This document shows, one piece after another, positions 46,359 to 55,169 of a DNA stretch of 64,000 bases (positions are counted from its first letter, which is position 1; each line of letters starts with the position of its first letter). The translations under genes were made by a program, and so were the position numbers. The DNA is from an uncultured virus (IMG/VR IMGVR_UViG_3300027896_000025). Taxonomy: Duplodnaviria > Heunggongvirae > Uroviricota > Caudoviricetes. The stretch is from IMG/VR virus record IMGVR_UViG_3300027896_000025. One strand, 5' to 3'. The notes beneath the pieces are model-generated. The model did no database searches, was not told the origin of the DNA, and worked only from the letters and a program-made list of their open reading frames with translations.

Positions 46359-48287
46359 AAATTTGTATCGAACGTATACTGCCTTCGTTTTGTCTCCTAC
46401 TGATACAGTGTTGCGTGGGCGGAATCCTTTTTTAATTTCAATATGAATCGGAAGCCAGTCGCTTACTGAATTAGTAACCATATTACGAATTCTAAAATGA
46501 ATTTCAGCGTAGTTACTTCGACGACCTATACTAAAAATACAAGAGGTAGTCCGCATTAAATTAGTGGTCCAGTATGCCATGTAATTAAATTTTCCAAATG
46601 GAGTCGATCGTTCTGTAGAGTTATGTCGACGATTTCTAGGAAATTGAAACGCTTCAATTCGAAAATTTTGTATGCTGTAATCAAAATTCAGTGGGTTGGA
46701 TTGATCAATCAATACATTTGGAATTAAAAATCGAATTTCTTGATTAGTAGTTCCATTAATTAGGTACGTCGTTGGAAGATAACTTGGAGTATCTATTTGA
46801 ATCTGGACTTCATCGATACTTTGTAGAACAGCATTTCCTCCCTGTTGTTCGACTGGGATAGCAATACTATAAATCTCTTGAGGATTAGGATTCGTTTGCC
46901 AATCGGTTCCAGTTCCTCCGTAGTACGTGTTATTCGTAAAATCCCATCCTGCAGGGACTAAATTGGTTCGGTATTCAAAATTTTGACCTTCTGTGTATAC
47001 AACTCGAATTGTATTCCCAGCGGTAACTCCGCTTCCAGGAAGAAATGATATGAGATTTACTAAATAACTCGGATCTGAATCAACAACACCGTCAGCCATC
47101 CGTTGACGGGTAGAGTCAAGAGTATTAACGCCTTGACAATCAGCAAAAGGAATTTGAACAAAATGAGGCAATTGATATATTTGAACAAAATTTGGTGACC
47201 AATTCATCCAAGTTCCCAAACTAACTTGAACGTCGTGTGTTGAAGTATGCGTTGCTGTGTATGAAAGTGTAGAGGTTGTAAATGTATCAGCAGTTGCCCA
47301 GGTGCCATCTGCACGGAGAAAGTTATTAGTTCCTTTACCGGAAGCGGGGACTACACCCGGAAACGTTTGATTAAATTGTTCAAGTGTTAGTACTTGCCCG
47401 ATTAGAGTTGCTGCATTAGCGTTTGATGCTGTCGCTACTGGCGCTAACGTTACATCTCCAGAGTTACTTCCAGAAAGATTCAACATTGTTTTAACTTGGG
47501 ATACTGTTAAATCTGTGGCATTAGCAGTTGATCCTGTGTTGTTTCCTTTGAGAGTATTACTAGGCATCTGAGAAAGATTTGTATTAGTAACTACATTAGT
47601 CCCAGAAACGCTTCCCGCTGACGCCGTTGTCGCCTGATTCAAAGTCGGAACATCACTTGCTTGAATTCCAGACATTACAACGTTGGTTCCATTACCACGT
47701 AAGTACTGAGCCGAAGTAACAGTTCCCGCTAAAGCGTTCAATGCTGTCTGTTGAGTTATTTGTCCTGTTCCACCGTGGACAATAGCAATAGTTCCTGTTA
47801 CATTAGCTGAGTTACCTGAAATATTTCCAGAAACTTGAGATCCTGGTAAAGTTAACGATGGTAATGTTGTGAGTGTTGAGTTTGAAGTAGCTGTAATATT
47901 CCCAGCAATTGTTGCAGTAGCAGCATTTCCATTAAGAGTTGCTGTAATTGTTCCAGATGAGAAGTTTCCGAAAGTATCACGTTTGACAATCACTGAAGGG
48001 GTGTTACTAGAAGTTGCCGCATTGGTAGCTAACTCCGCCGAATGAATATCTGCAGCTAATGAACCATCAACACTTACGACTGTAGCAATTTGACTTCCAG
48101 TTCCCGGTCCCGCAGTAACTTCTCCAGTGAGTTGATTAATTCCTGCGGTCGTTCCTTCAGCAATTTGAACTTCATTTCCTGAAGAATCTTCTTTATAAAG
48201 ATGTCCATCTGATTTGGGGTACACAGATATTTTTGTCGATGCAGGAGGAGTTGGAGTTGTTTGTGAGGTAAGAATTAATTGACTCAT
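46356..48287 (-). CDS. Fibre protein with Arg-rich C-terminal domain
   Basis: GINQLTGEVTAGPG, IVKRD.FGNFS, KGNNT, FLRADGTWA modules; basic C-terminus. Confidence 0.72.
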   Translation of the reverse strand: MSQLILTSQTTPTPPASTKISVYPKSDGHLYKEDSSGNEVQIAEGTTAGINQLTGEVTAGPGTGSQIATVVSVDGSLAADIHSAELATNAATSSNTPSVIVKRDTFGNFSSGTITATLNGNAATATIAGNITATSNSTLTTLPSLTLPGSQVSGNISGNSANVTGTIAIVHGGTGQITQQTALNALAGTVTSAQYLRGNGTNVVMSGIQASDVPTLNQATTASAGSVSGTNVVTNTNLSQMPSNTLKGNNTGSTANATDLTVSQVKTMLNLSGSNSGDVTLAPVATASNANAATLIGQVLTLEQFNQTFPGVVPASGKGTNNFLRADGTWATADTFTTSTLSYTATHTSTHDVQVSLGTWMNWSPNFVQIYQLPHFVQIPFADCQGVNTLDSTRQRMADGVVDSDPSYLVNLISFLPGSGVTAGNTIRVVYTEGQNFEYRTNLVPAGWDFTNNTYYGGTGTDWQTNPNPQEIYSIAIPVEQQGGNAVLQSIDEVQIQIDTPSYLPTTYLINGTTNQEIRFLIPNVLIDQSNPLNFDYSIQNFRIEAFQFPRNRRHNSTERSTPFGKFNYMAYWTTNLMRTTSCIFSIGRRSNYAEIHFRIRNMVTNSVSDWLPIHIEIKKGFRPRNTVSVGDKTKAVYVRYKF

Positions 48288-48472
48288 TAATTGATCTCCA
48301 AAATTGAAGTTGAATCTACTGTAAAATTAAATCCATTTAAATCCAGTGTACTAAAAATCCGTAACCATCCTGAGCTTAATTCCCAATCTTGAGATAACAC
48401 TTGAGAATTTATCTGAGCATACGGAGTCAACGTTCCTGATGATTTTGGTGATGAAGTTGTAATTCTAGACAT
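48287..48472 (-). CDS. Small virion protein (start likely ATG 48472)
   Basis: TAATG coupling with 48472-48984; SD GGTGGA. Confidence 0.55.
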   Translation of the reverse strand: MSRITTSSPKSSGTLTPYAQINSQVLSQDWELSSGWLRIFSTLDLNGFNFTVDSTSILEIN

Positions 48473-48984
48473 TATCCACCAATTTCTAATACAGCAACAC
48501 TTTGCCCTACAATAGAAGCTATACACCAAATCTGATGTGCTGCAGTTAAATCTAATGAAATAGCGTCACCTGGACTTAAGAAAAATCCTGTCGAAGTTGT
48601 AACTCCAGAAGTATTCCCAATATATACAATTCCAATATTATTTAACGACGATTTAATACTAATCCCACTACGATTTGTAAGTGGAGAAGGTGTTAATTGT
48701 GACGAACTTAATCCGATTATGTACTGAGATGTTTGAAATGAAGGTAATCCGAGTAACGAAATATCAACTCCAACTTGAGAACCAACCGTTGTTGTCGTTA
48801 CTAAATTACCAGACGTATCTCCAAGAGTAACTGAATCATGAACCGAATCAATGGCAACTTCAACATCTCCTTCGATATTTGTAACAATATTGGCTTTAAC
48901 TTTTAAAGAATCAGTGGGATCATCATAAACTTTTTGGAGAATCTGATTCCCTGATAAGTTACTTCTAGGCGTTCCAGCTGCCAT
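48472..48984 (-). CDS. Putative virion decoration protein
   Basis: LSGNQILQKVYDDPTDSLKV shared motif; N.GIVYIG....VT..TGF.L.PG jelly-roll pattern. Confidence 0.6.
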   Translation of the reverse strand: MAAGTPRSNLSGNQILQKVYDDPTDSLKVKANIVTNIEGDVEVAIDSVHDSVTLGDTSGNLVTTTTVGSQVGVDISLLGLPSFQTSQYIIGLSSSQLTPSPLTNRSGISIKSSLNNIGIVYIGNTSGVTTSTGFFLSPGDAISLDLTAAHQIWCIASIVGQSVAVLEIGG

Positions 48985-48991
48985 AATTTAC

Positions 48992-51118
48992 CTATTTAGT
49001 GTTAGGAAGACCTGTCGGCATTCCTTGGAATGGCTTTGGGGGTTTTGGAACATTAGGTAGCGTCTGTGGACGTTGCATTCCAGGTCCCATAATTTTCGGT
49101 GGTAATGCACCATTAGTCCCCGGAGGAGCTGCTTGCATTGGAACTGGCATCTGAGCATTAGGCATTGCTTTACTACCGACTGGAGGTTTTGGTCCTTGTG
49201 GTCCAGGAGGCATTTGTGGTCCACCGGGGCCGGGAGCGCCAGGACCAGGCATCCCTGGTTGCTGTGGAGGAGACAACGGTTGCTCACCAAACAACATCAA
49301 CTCTTGAGGATTAGTAGTTTGTAATAGATTGAGATGTTCTTGAATATGACCCGTTACTCGTTGGATGAGACCTGGATCTTCTCTGAGTTCAGGATCACAC
49401 AACACGTTTTGATGATGAGAGATGTGTTTAGCATGAGCATCAGTGAAGATTGCTTTAACAAATCCACCAGAAACCAATCGTTCGTTCTCACCTTGAATTA
49501 AGAACAGTTGCTTTTGTAGATCTTCAGTTGCGACTTCAAGTTTACCAGTGTTAATGATTGTTAAGTATTCTTGTGGATCTTTAATCCCGCCGTACTGAAG
49601 GAGCGATTCCGCCATCTGGAGTTTGCCAGAAGTTGTTCTAGCCAAAGGATTACCAACGTCAACGACAACTCGGGAGATATTTGAAAGATCGTCGCTGTTG
49701 AATTCCTTGATAAAGGCGCGATTCGACTTGCCAGAAATCAAAGTTACTGATCGTTTTGCTAACGCGAAATCTTGTAACAAATGGATCATCTGAGTTCCAA
49801 GACTTTCAATACACTGGATGTACGCTGCTTGGAGACTCGACGCAAACTGCAGAGCCAGAGATTGGACTAGAGCCAAAGCCGCACCAGATCGTAAAGACGC
49901 TTCAGGATTACCTCTAGCAACACTGTTAACTCCTGACAGCGTTTCCATGTCACGGATCAACATGTTCAAGAAGTCAAAGATCTCTTTAGGAGTTGAGGTA
50001 AGATTAAGTGGAACTGGAGGACCAGCCTGAGAATTTCCTTCAACCAGATTCAGTCCACCTTGTAACGCATGGACTGAGATGTCGGACCCTCGGGGAACGT
50101 ACACGTTTTGAACGCCGAATGCTGCTTGGTTACTAAGGATGGTTGAGTACAACGAATTAATAGCTTCTTGCAATGGCAATAGATCAAACATTGGAGTGTA
50201 ACCGTAAGGTGATCCTAAGAAGTCTGATGGAGCAACTCGAATCACTGGGATGTCTCTATACGGCATTGGACCATCGTACAGAGAGATGTCTCTCGAGAGA
50301 TACAGAATGTACCGACCTTGGGGAAGTGCCTCAGACTTTTTGTGATAAAACTCGTACACTGGAACATCGTCAGTAGTTTCTTGGAATGAACTGCCAGAGA
50401 ACTTCAACATCATCATGTCTGATTTAGTTTGAAGATTAACGATCTCAGTTTCTAACTCGGGGTACTTTGCTGCGATATCGTACTTGTTTTTAAATGTTCT
50501 AACAACGATCCATTCGTTCTCACTTGGATTCTCTTTGGTTGGATCAAATACAACATCTAGTGGTGACAAGTTTCTAAACTCAATGTCGCCTTCATAAATT
50601 GGTTTGGTAGGATCTTCTTCGTTAGTCTCAGGATCGATCTCGTAGTCATAAATCTCACCTGCGTTGGAGTTCCATTCCATTTTAATATGACCAGCACCGA
50701 AGACCAAAGCCATCTCAACAGCTTTTTTAATATAGTCTTCGATTTTTTTCTCACGCATGTAGTAATCTAAGATTCCATTGGCAAGATACGTCTGAACTAA
50801 TGATTTGTAATCTGTATTAGTACTACGAGCATCCATAGCAGGACGACTAGAAGTCGTCATAACTAACATGTGTTGAGCAATGTTACGGAAATGATTCACT
50901 GGAAGTTGGGCGTATTCGCCTTGTTCACCACCGAACGAAACAGTGTGTCCCCAAGAAAAGTTCTCGTAGTAACTGCCATGATACGCGCGGTACGAAGCTT
51001 GAATTTTCTGATACAGTCCCGAAGATGATTGTAACGAAAACCAATACGCACATTTGTCATTAACGATTTGAATTGCATCATGCGTCGGTTTAGCTGCAAA
51101 GTATGTGTCTTTACCCAT
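48992..51118 (-). CDS. Portal protein (podovirus/P22-like) with Pro-rich tail
   Basis: 708 aa directly after terL; LLPLQEAINSL, METLSGVNSVARG...SGAAL. Confidence 0.85.
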   Translation of the reverse strand: MGKDTYFAAKPTHDAIQIVNDKCAYWFSLQSSSGLYQKIQASYRAYHGSYYENFSWGHTVSFGGEQGEYAQLPVNHFRNIAQHMLVMTTSSRPAMDARSTNTDYKSLVQTYLANGILDYYMREKKIEDYIKKAVEMALVFGAGHIKMEWNSNAGEIYDYEIDPETNEEDPTKPIYEGDIEFRNLSPLDVVFDPTKENPSENEWIVVRTFKNKYDIAAKYPELETEIVNLQTKSDMMMLKFSGSSFQETTDDVPVYEFYHKKSEALPQGRYILYLSRDISLYDGPMPYRDIPVIRVAPSDFLGSPYGYTPMFDLLPLQEAINSLYSTILSNQAAFGVQNVYVPRGSDISVHALQGGLNLVEGNSQAGPPVPLNLTSTPKEIFDFLNMLIRDMETLSGVNSVARGNPEASLRSGAALALVQSLALQFASSLQAAYIQCIESLGTQMIHLLQDFALAKRSVTLISGKSNRAFIKEFNSDDLSNISRVVVDVGNPLARTTSGKLQMAESLLQYGGIKDPQEYLTIINTGKLEVATEDLQKQLFLIQGENERLVSGGFVKAIFTDAHAKHISHHQNVLCDPELREDPGLIQRVTGHIQEHLNLLQTTNPQELMLFGEQPLSPPQQPGMPGPGAPGPGGPQMPPGPQGPKPPVGSKAMPNAQMPVPMQAAPPGTNGALPPKIMGPGMQRPQTLPNVPKPPKPFQGMPTGLPNTK

Positions 51119-51133
51119 AATTAATCACTACCT

Positions 51134-52663
51134 TTATCGGAATCCTGATTTCTTCGGTTTGAAGTTCCTATTATTTAAGTTGTTTACTGGAGGTTCTTCC
51201 ATGAAGCTTCTTTTCGGTTTAAACTGAGCAGCAAGCTTCTCGTACTCAGGATTTACTTTAGTTGACTCTTTATAAGTGAATCTTGTCTCAGATGATGGCA
51301 TGTTGTAGTCTCTTGGATACGGATTTCGGCTGTACAACACGTTTCTTGCCAAGTAAATCAAAGCATCAATCGCATCGAAGTGCCCGTTATCAGAAGATCT
51401 TTCGAAATCTCGAGTTTTTCCTGTGGAACTCTTTTTCCAAGTGCCATTTTCAAGGTGTCTAATCAAAGTTACACATCTTGGGTTGATAATCAGCTTACGA
51501 TTGTTTACTAACATACGAACTTGGTTAATTGCTGCATCTTTGTTGTCTTTTGACGTTGGTAAAAAATTTAATCCATGAAGTTTTTGAAGATCATTGATAA
51601 CAATCAAATTATTATCGCTAACTCTTAAGAATGGAGTGAGTTGTTCGTTAGTTTGGATGTTAAATAATAAACTTCGTTCTTTGTTTTTGATTCCATCGGC
51701 TAATGTCGATGTTAACATTTTATGAAGTACTAATTCGTCTTCAACTACTAGTTTATCCGATCTAAAATCGTAGTACGCAAATAACACAACAGTAAAGTCT
51801 TTAAATCCAATGTCCGCTGCCTCGTAATAATCGAAAAATGGAGGTCTCGGCCAATCTTTCACACAATCAAGCTTCGCCGCTTCAGTAAATTCAGGAATAA
51901 TCATGTCATTCAGTGCATTAGAAGTCTCACAAAGGTACTCACGACGGAATTCTGGATCTTCAATACCTCCATGAGCAGCAATAATCGCTTGAACTTCCGA
52001 AGGAGGAAGAATTTTGTTGTCAAAAATTGTTTTTTTAATAAAACAACCCTTTTCCTTGGCTTGTTCCATGAATTTAAAGAACTCATGACCTGGAAGTTTC
52101 GGAGGAGTCGTTGAAAGTATGATTTTTCCTCGAGTAATTGCTGTAGTCGGAAGCATAATTGATCTGACGTTGTATCCTAGATCAGTACAGAACCCAGCTT
52201 CATCAACAATGCACAGATGGGAGTTACCACCTCGAAGACTTTCAGCTCGTCCAGCGTCGTTTCCTGCGATTTGGATCTCAGAACCATTAGGAAATACGAA
52301 TTTTCCATCGTTTTTAAGGTATTCTGGGCGCAAACTCTTAGGACAATCCTCTAAAATTGTATTAAAGATAGGAATTATGTTAGTTTTTGCTTGTTTTGCA
52401 TCAGGACAGAGGTATTTTACTATTGAACCTTTGGTTTTAATACAAGTTTCAATTGCTAGTACAGATAACGTAAAGGATTTTCCAATTCTTCGACCGGCTA
52501 ACCAGACAATAATTCGTTCATGACTTGCAAACACCAAATCATACATCTGTTTTTGTGGCTCGTTTAATTTCCACCAAAGCACGCCCTTTTTCCAAAGAGC
52601 AGCGATTGCTTCCCGTTTAGTAGGGAGTTCTACAGGTTCTGGTGGTTTTTGATCATCGGTCAT
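51134..52663 (-). CDS. terL: Terminase large subunit
   Basis: Walker A AGRRIGKS, Walker B IVDEAG, motif III STTP, FRREYLC, nuclease DIGFKD...HFDAIDA. Confidence 0.93.
   Translation of the reverse strand: MTDDQKPPEPVELPTKREAIAALWKKGVLWWKLNEPQKQMYDLVFASHERIIVWLAGRRIGKSFTLSVLAIETCIKTKGSIVKYLCPDAKQAKTNIIPIFNTILEDCPKSLRPEYLKNDGKFVFPNGSEIQIAGNDAGRAESLRGGNSHLCIVDEAGFCTDLGYNVRSIMLPTTAITRGKIILSTTPPKLPGHEFFKFMEQAKEKGCFIKKTIFDNKILPPSEVQAIIAAHGGIEDPEFRREYLCETSNALNDMIIPEFTEAAKLDCVKDWPRPPFFDYYEAADIGFKDFTVVLFAYYDFRSDKLVVEDELVLHKMLTSTLADGIKNKERSLLFNIQTNEQLTPFLRVSDNNLIVINDLQKLHGLNFLPTSKDNKDAAINQVRMLVNNRKLIINPRCVTLIRHLENGTWKKSSTGKTRDFERSSDNGHFDAIDALIYLARNVLYSRNPYPRDYNMPSSETRFTYKESTKVNPEYEKLAAQFKPKRSFMEEPPVNNLNNRNFKPKKSGFR
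51175..51184 (-). promoter_or_regulatory. Late-promoter motif AACAACTTAA inside the terL 3' end, serving the portal gene
   Basis: About 57 nt upstream of the portal ATG. Confidence 0.62.
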
Positions 52664-53124
52664 TAAGAATCTTTTTTGTCTTCTTTTGCCAAAGAAATTA
52701 ACTCAGCTTCGTCCATTTCTTCAGCGTCTTTAAGACGTTTGAATTTACCTTTAAGGACGGTCGTGGGTTTGCCAGTTGCTAAATACAAATTCTTTAAAAG
52801 TAAATCAAATTTTTTTGTCTCATCCAAAGTTAGTTGCCGTTCTAATGAGATCTCTTTTAAGTACTTAAGTTGAATTTCTGCAATCTCCTGTTCAACGGAG
52901 ACTTCAAACTTAGGAGGTTCAGTTCCTTTAATCATAGGAACCGCGTTGGTTAAGAGTTCTTTAAGATGTTTGTTTTCAAGTTCAAGTTTTTGTACGTTCT
53001 CAGTCATTGCTTTTAACTTCAAAAAAAGCTGTTGAGCGTACTGTTGCATTTCGGCACGATTCTTGAATGAAGTCCCAAGGCTTGTGATTGAAATGACTTT
53101 TTGATCGTCTTTTTCGTCACTCAT
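52663..53124 (-). CDS. Possible terminase small subunit
   Basis: Helical protein directly upstream of and coupled to terL; call is by position only. Confidence 0.4.
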   Translation of the reverse strand: MSDEKDDQKVISITSLGTSFKNRAEMQQYAQQLFLKLKAMTENVQKLELENKHLKELLTNAVPMIKGTEPPKFEVSVEQEIAEIQLKYLKEISLERQLTLDETKKFDLLLKNLYLATGKPTTVLKGKFKRLKDAEEMDEAELISLAKEDKKDS

Positions 53125-53125
53125 A

Positions 53126-53389
53126 CTAGAACCTAAATGGTTGATTTGATTGCGGATTACGTTGTTGAGACAGTAAAAGTTTACTAACGTCTGATTTAAT
53201 CTTATCTAACTCATTTTTAATTTCTTGATTAATATCAGGTTGTTTCTTGAGAAATAACCATTCCATATAACCACATAGTCCAGATAATGCTGTAATTGCA
53301 ATAGCTTCTCCTGGATTTGCGCCAATAATAATAGTTTTAATTACAAGAGAGAATAAAAGAAAATGAGATAAGTATTTGATTTGATTCAT
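53126..53389 (-). CDS. Membrane protein
   Basis: Two hydrophobic segments and a coiled tail. Confidence 0.62.
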   Translation of the reverse strand: MNQIKYLSHFLLFSLVIKTIIIGANPGEAIAITALSGLCGYMEWLFLKKQPDINQEIKNELDKIKSDVSKLLLSQQRNPQSNQPFRF

Positions 53390-53533
53390 GATATCTCCAG
53401 GATCTGATCAATTGGTACAGATCTTGTTATCCGCTCCTAATGGAGTAGGAAAGATTTAAAGGCGTGATGAGCATTATCGAGGCATTGCCTCATTGTGTTT
53501 ATAACACAGTCTCCATTGCCTTACCATCTACTT
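53390..53533 (-). ncRNA. Structured 5' leader of the packaging operon
   Basis: AAGGC/GCCUU stem enclosing UGUGUU/AACACA and GAGGC/GCCUC hairpins; further CUCC/GGAG and GAUCUG/CAGAUC stems. Confidence 0.45.
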
Positions 53534-53543
53534 TTAAGTTGTT
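53534..53543 (-). promoter_or_regulatory. Late-promoter motif AACAACTTAA at the head of the virion block
   Basis: Back-to-back with a rightward sigma70-like promoter. Confidence 0.72.
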
Positions 53544-53555
53544 GAAAGAACCATG

Positions 53556-53584
53556 TTGACAACTTGAGAAAACTATGAGATGAT
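53556..53584 (+). promoter_or_regulatory. sigma70-type promoter
   Basis: TTGACA-17-GATGAT; same ATGAGATGATTAC context as the promoter at 38853-38881. Confidence 0.6.
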
Positions 53585-53602
53585 TACTTCAAGGAGAAAC
53601 AC

Positions 53603-53827
53603 ATGAAATTCTATTCGATCCTGTTTCGTACATTAGCAATTGAATTTGTTCTTGCTTTAGGTTTAAGTTTGTTGTTCAAAAATAACTTCATTCTGAATTA
53701 CTTGATCATCGAGTTACTTCTTCAGAAGTTCGCTTGCACAGAAAATGCAAGACGAGAAGAGATTGCACTTCAGCAGTACCAGAACATCGTTGAATCTATG
53801 ACCAAAATGAAGGCACAACAGAAATGA
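53603..53827 (+). CDS. Membrane protein
   Basis: AAGGAG SD; hydrophobic N-terminus. Confidence 0.65.
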   Translation: MKFYSILFRTLAIEFVLALGLSLLFKNNFILNYLIIELLLQKFACTENARREEIALQQYQNIVESMTKMKAQQK

Positions 53828-54060
53828 AAAAGAAACAAGAAATTCTTACCCTCCCAATTTTTTTGGACGATAAAGAGAAACGTACTCTGAATCAATTCCG
53901 AACTGAGATTGTTGACGGAGTTGAAACTCAATTAGAGAATCGTCCGTTGTGCGATCAAAACGACGAACAATTTTTTCATCCTGTCAATCGAAAAACAAAA
54001 CGGTACTTCGCAGCTCATAAACGTAGGAAGTACGTGGAGCCAACTAAAAGGTCAAGATGA
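53824..54060 (+). CDS. Hypothetical protein
   Basis: Coupled ORF. Confidence 0.6.
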   Translation: MKKKQEILTLPIFLDDKEKRTLNQFRTEIVDGVETQLENRPLCDQNDEQFFHPVNRKTKRYFAAHKRRKYVEPTKRSR

Positions 54061-54230
54061 CGTTGTACTTGAAACGCGACACAACACCTAAGAACTGGAT
54101 CATTACTAATAAAGATGGAAACGTAGTTTCCGGCCCGAAATTTTTTTTAACAAAAGCTGAGGCAGAAGCCTGGGCGAGACAGTTTATTAGTAGTTGGTCT
54201 GGAGCAAAACTGCGGATTGAAAAAGGTTGA
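54057..54230 (+). CDS. Small hypothetical protein (57 aa; not in ORF track)
   Basis: ATGA overlap; F.TKAEAEAWA motif. Confidence 0.55.
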   Translation: MTLYLKRDTTPKNWIITNKDGNVVSGPKFFLTKAEAEAWARQFISSWSGAKLRIEKG

Positions 54231-54255
54231 CAAATCTTACGAAAGGAGGTACAAT
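54227..54255 (+). promoter_or_regulatory. sigma70-type promoter
   Basis: TTGACA-17-TACAAT; ATG 6 nt after the -10. Confidence 0.8.
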
Positions 54256-54261
54256 CTAAGT

Positions 54262-54375
54262 ATGAAGTACATAATTATTATGTTTTTATTGACAATGTTG
54301 TTCGGATGCACCACAACTAACAAGAAGAAAGCTCATCATGATTTTGGCGCTGATAGAGTTGAACTAGGAAGGTAA
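54262..54375 (+). CDS. Small lipoprotein (37 aa)
   Basis: MKYIIIMFLLTMLFGC lipobox. Confidence 0.55.
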   Translation: MKYIIIMFLLTMLFGCTTTNKKKAHHDFGADRVELGR

Positions 54376-54376
54376 T

Positions 54377-54562
54377 ATGGAGTTTACTAAGGAAGATGTT
54401 AAATTAATGGTAGATGATCTAAAATTCATTGGTTATATTCACGATTTCAGTGGACAATTAGTAAGTTATGAAATTGCAAATGAATCGTTAGTAGAACTAG
54501 TAAATAAAGTCTACGAACTTGGATTTGCAACTGGAGAAATGTGTGGAATCCGCCATGAATAA
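54377..54562 (+). CDS. Hypothetical protein
   Basis: ORF track, with SD. Confidence 0.55.
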   Translation: MEFTKEDVKLMVDDLKFIGYIHDFSGQLVSYEIANESLVELVNKVYELGFATGEMCGIRHE

Positions 54563-54917
54563 CGTCTCTCAACTAAGATTTCATAACGATATAGAAACTC
54601 AGCTAGAACTGGCCGAGGAGTTGGAGGATTGTTTCATATCTCCTGAGAAACTATTCACTCCTCGGTTTCCAGTTTTGTTGGATTATTTTATTGAACACGG
54701 AGATGAAAAAGTAAAGGAAGTGTGTCTTGAGTACAAAAAAATTCTCAATTCTTAGAGTAGTAGTGATTTTAGCGTTAGTACTTAGTAGTTCGTACTGTGC
54801 ATTTGAATACGGACAAACCAAAGGATACGCAGATGGACTAGGTTTGTGTGAACAACCTATGATGATGTGTGTTAAATTACTAGGTGGACGAATTACAAAG
54901 AACGGAGTTCCTCAGTA

Positions 54918-55169
54918 ATGGGTGAATACTTTAATATCTCACATATTAGTCAAGTATTTAAAGACATGTATGATGAGTATTATTTAGATATTCTATTTGG
55001 CCCCCATTCAAAATTTAGAAAAAAATTTGAAATAAAACTTCAAAATCTTCCTAAGTACCTCAAATCACCTAAATCAAAATTAGATGGTATTAGTAAAAAA
55101 TTGTATTACCAATTGTATAAAGAAACTACAGAACAAATTTTAGAACAACTACAACAGGAGGAAATATGA
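54918..55169 (+). CDS. Small EE[LIV]-terminus protein
   Basis: Ends QILEQLQQEEI. Confidence 0.6.
   Translation: MGEYFNISHISQVFKDMYDEYYLDILFGPHSKFRKKFEIKLQNLPKYLKSPKSKLDGISKKLYYQLYKETTEQILEQLQQEEI

Noticed and set aside
12973..52873. Numerous short + strand ORFs opposite the virion genes (e.g. 16533-16952, 52119-52523)
   Set aside because: They are antisense shadows of long minus-strand genes, with no SD or recognisable motifs.
53455..53495. Hammerhead ribozyme, suggested by TGATGAG
   Set aside because: It lacks the CUGAUGA/GAAA core in the required arrangement.
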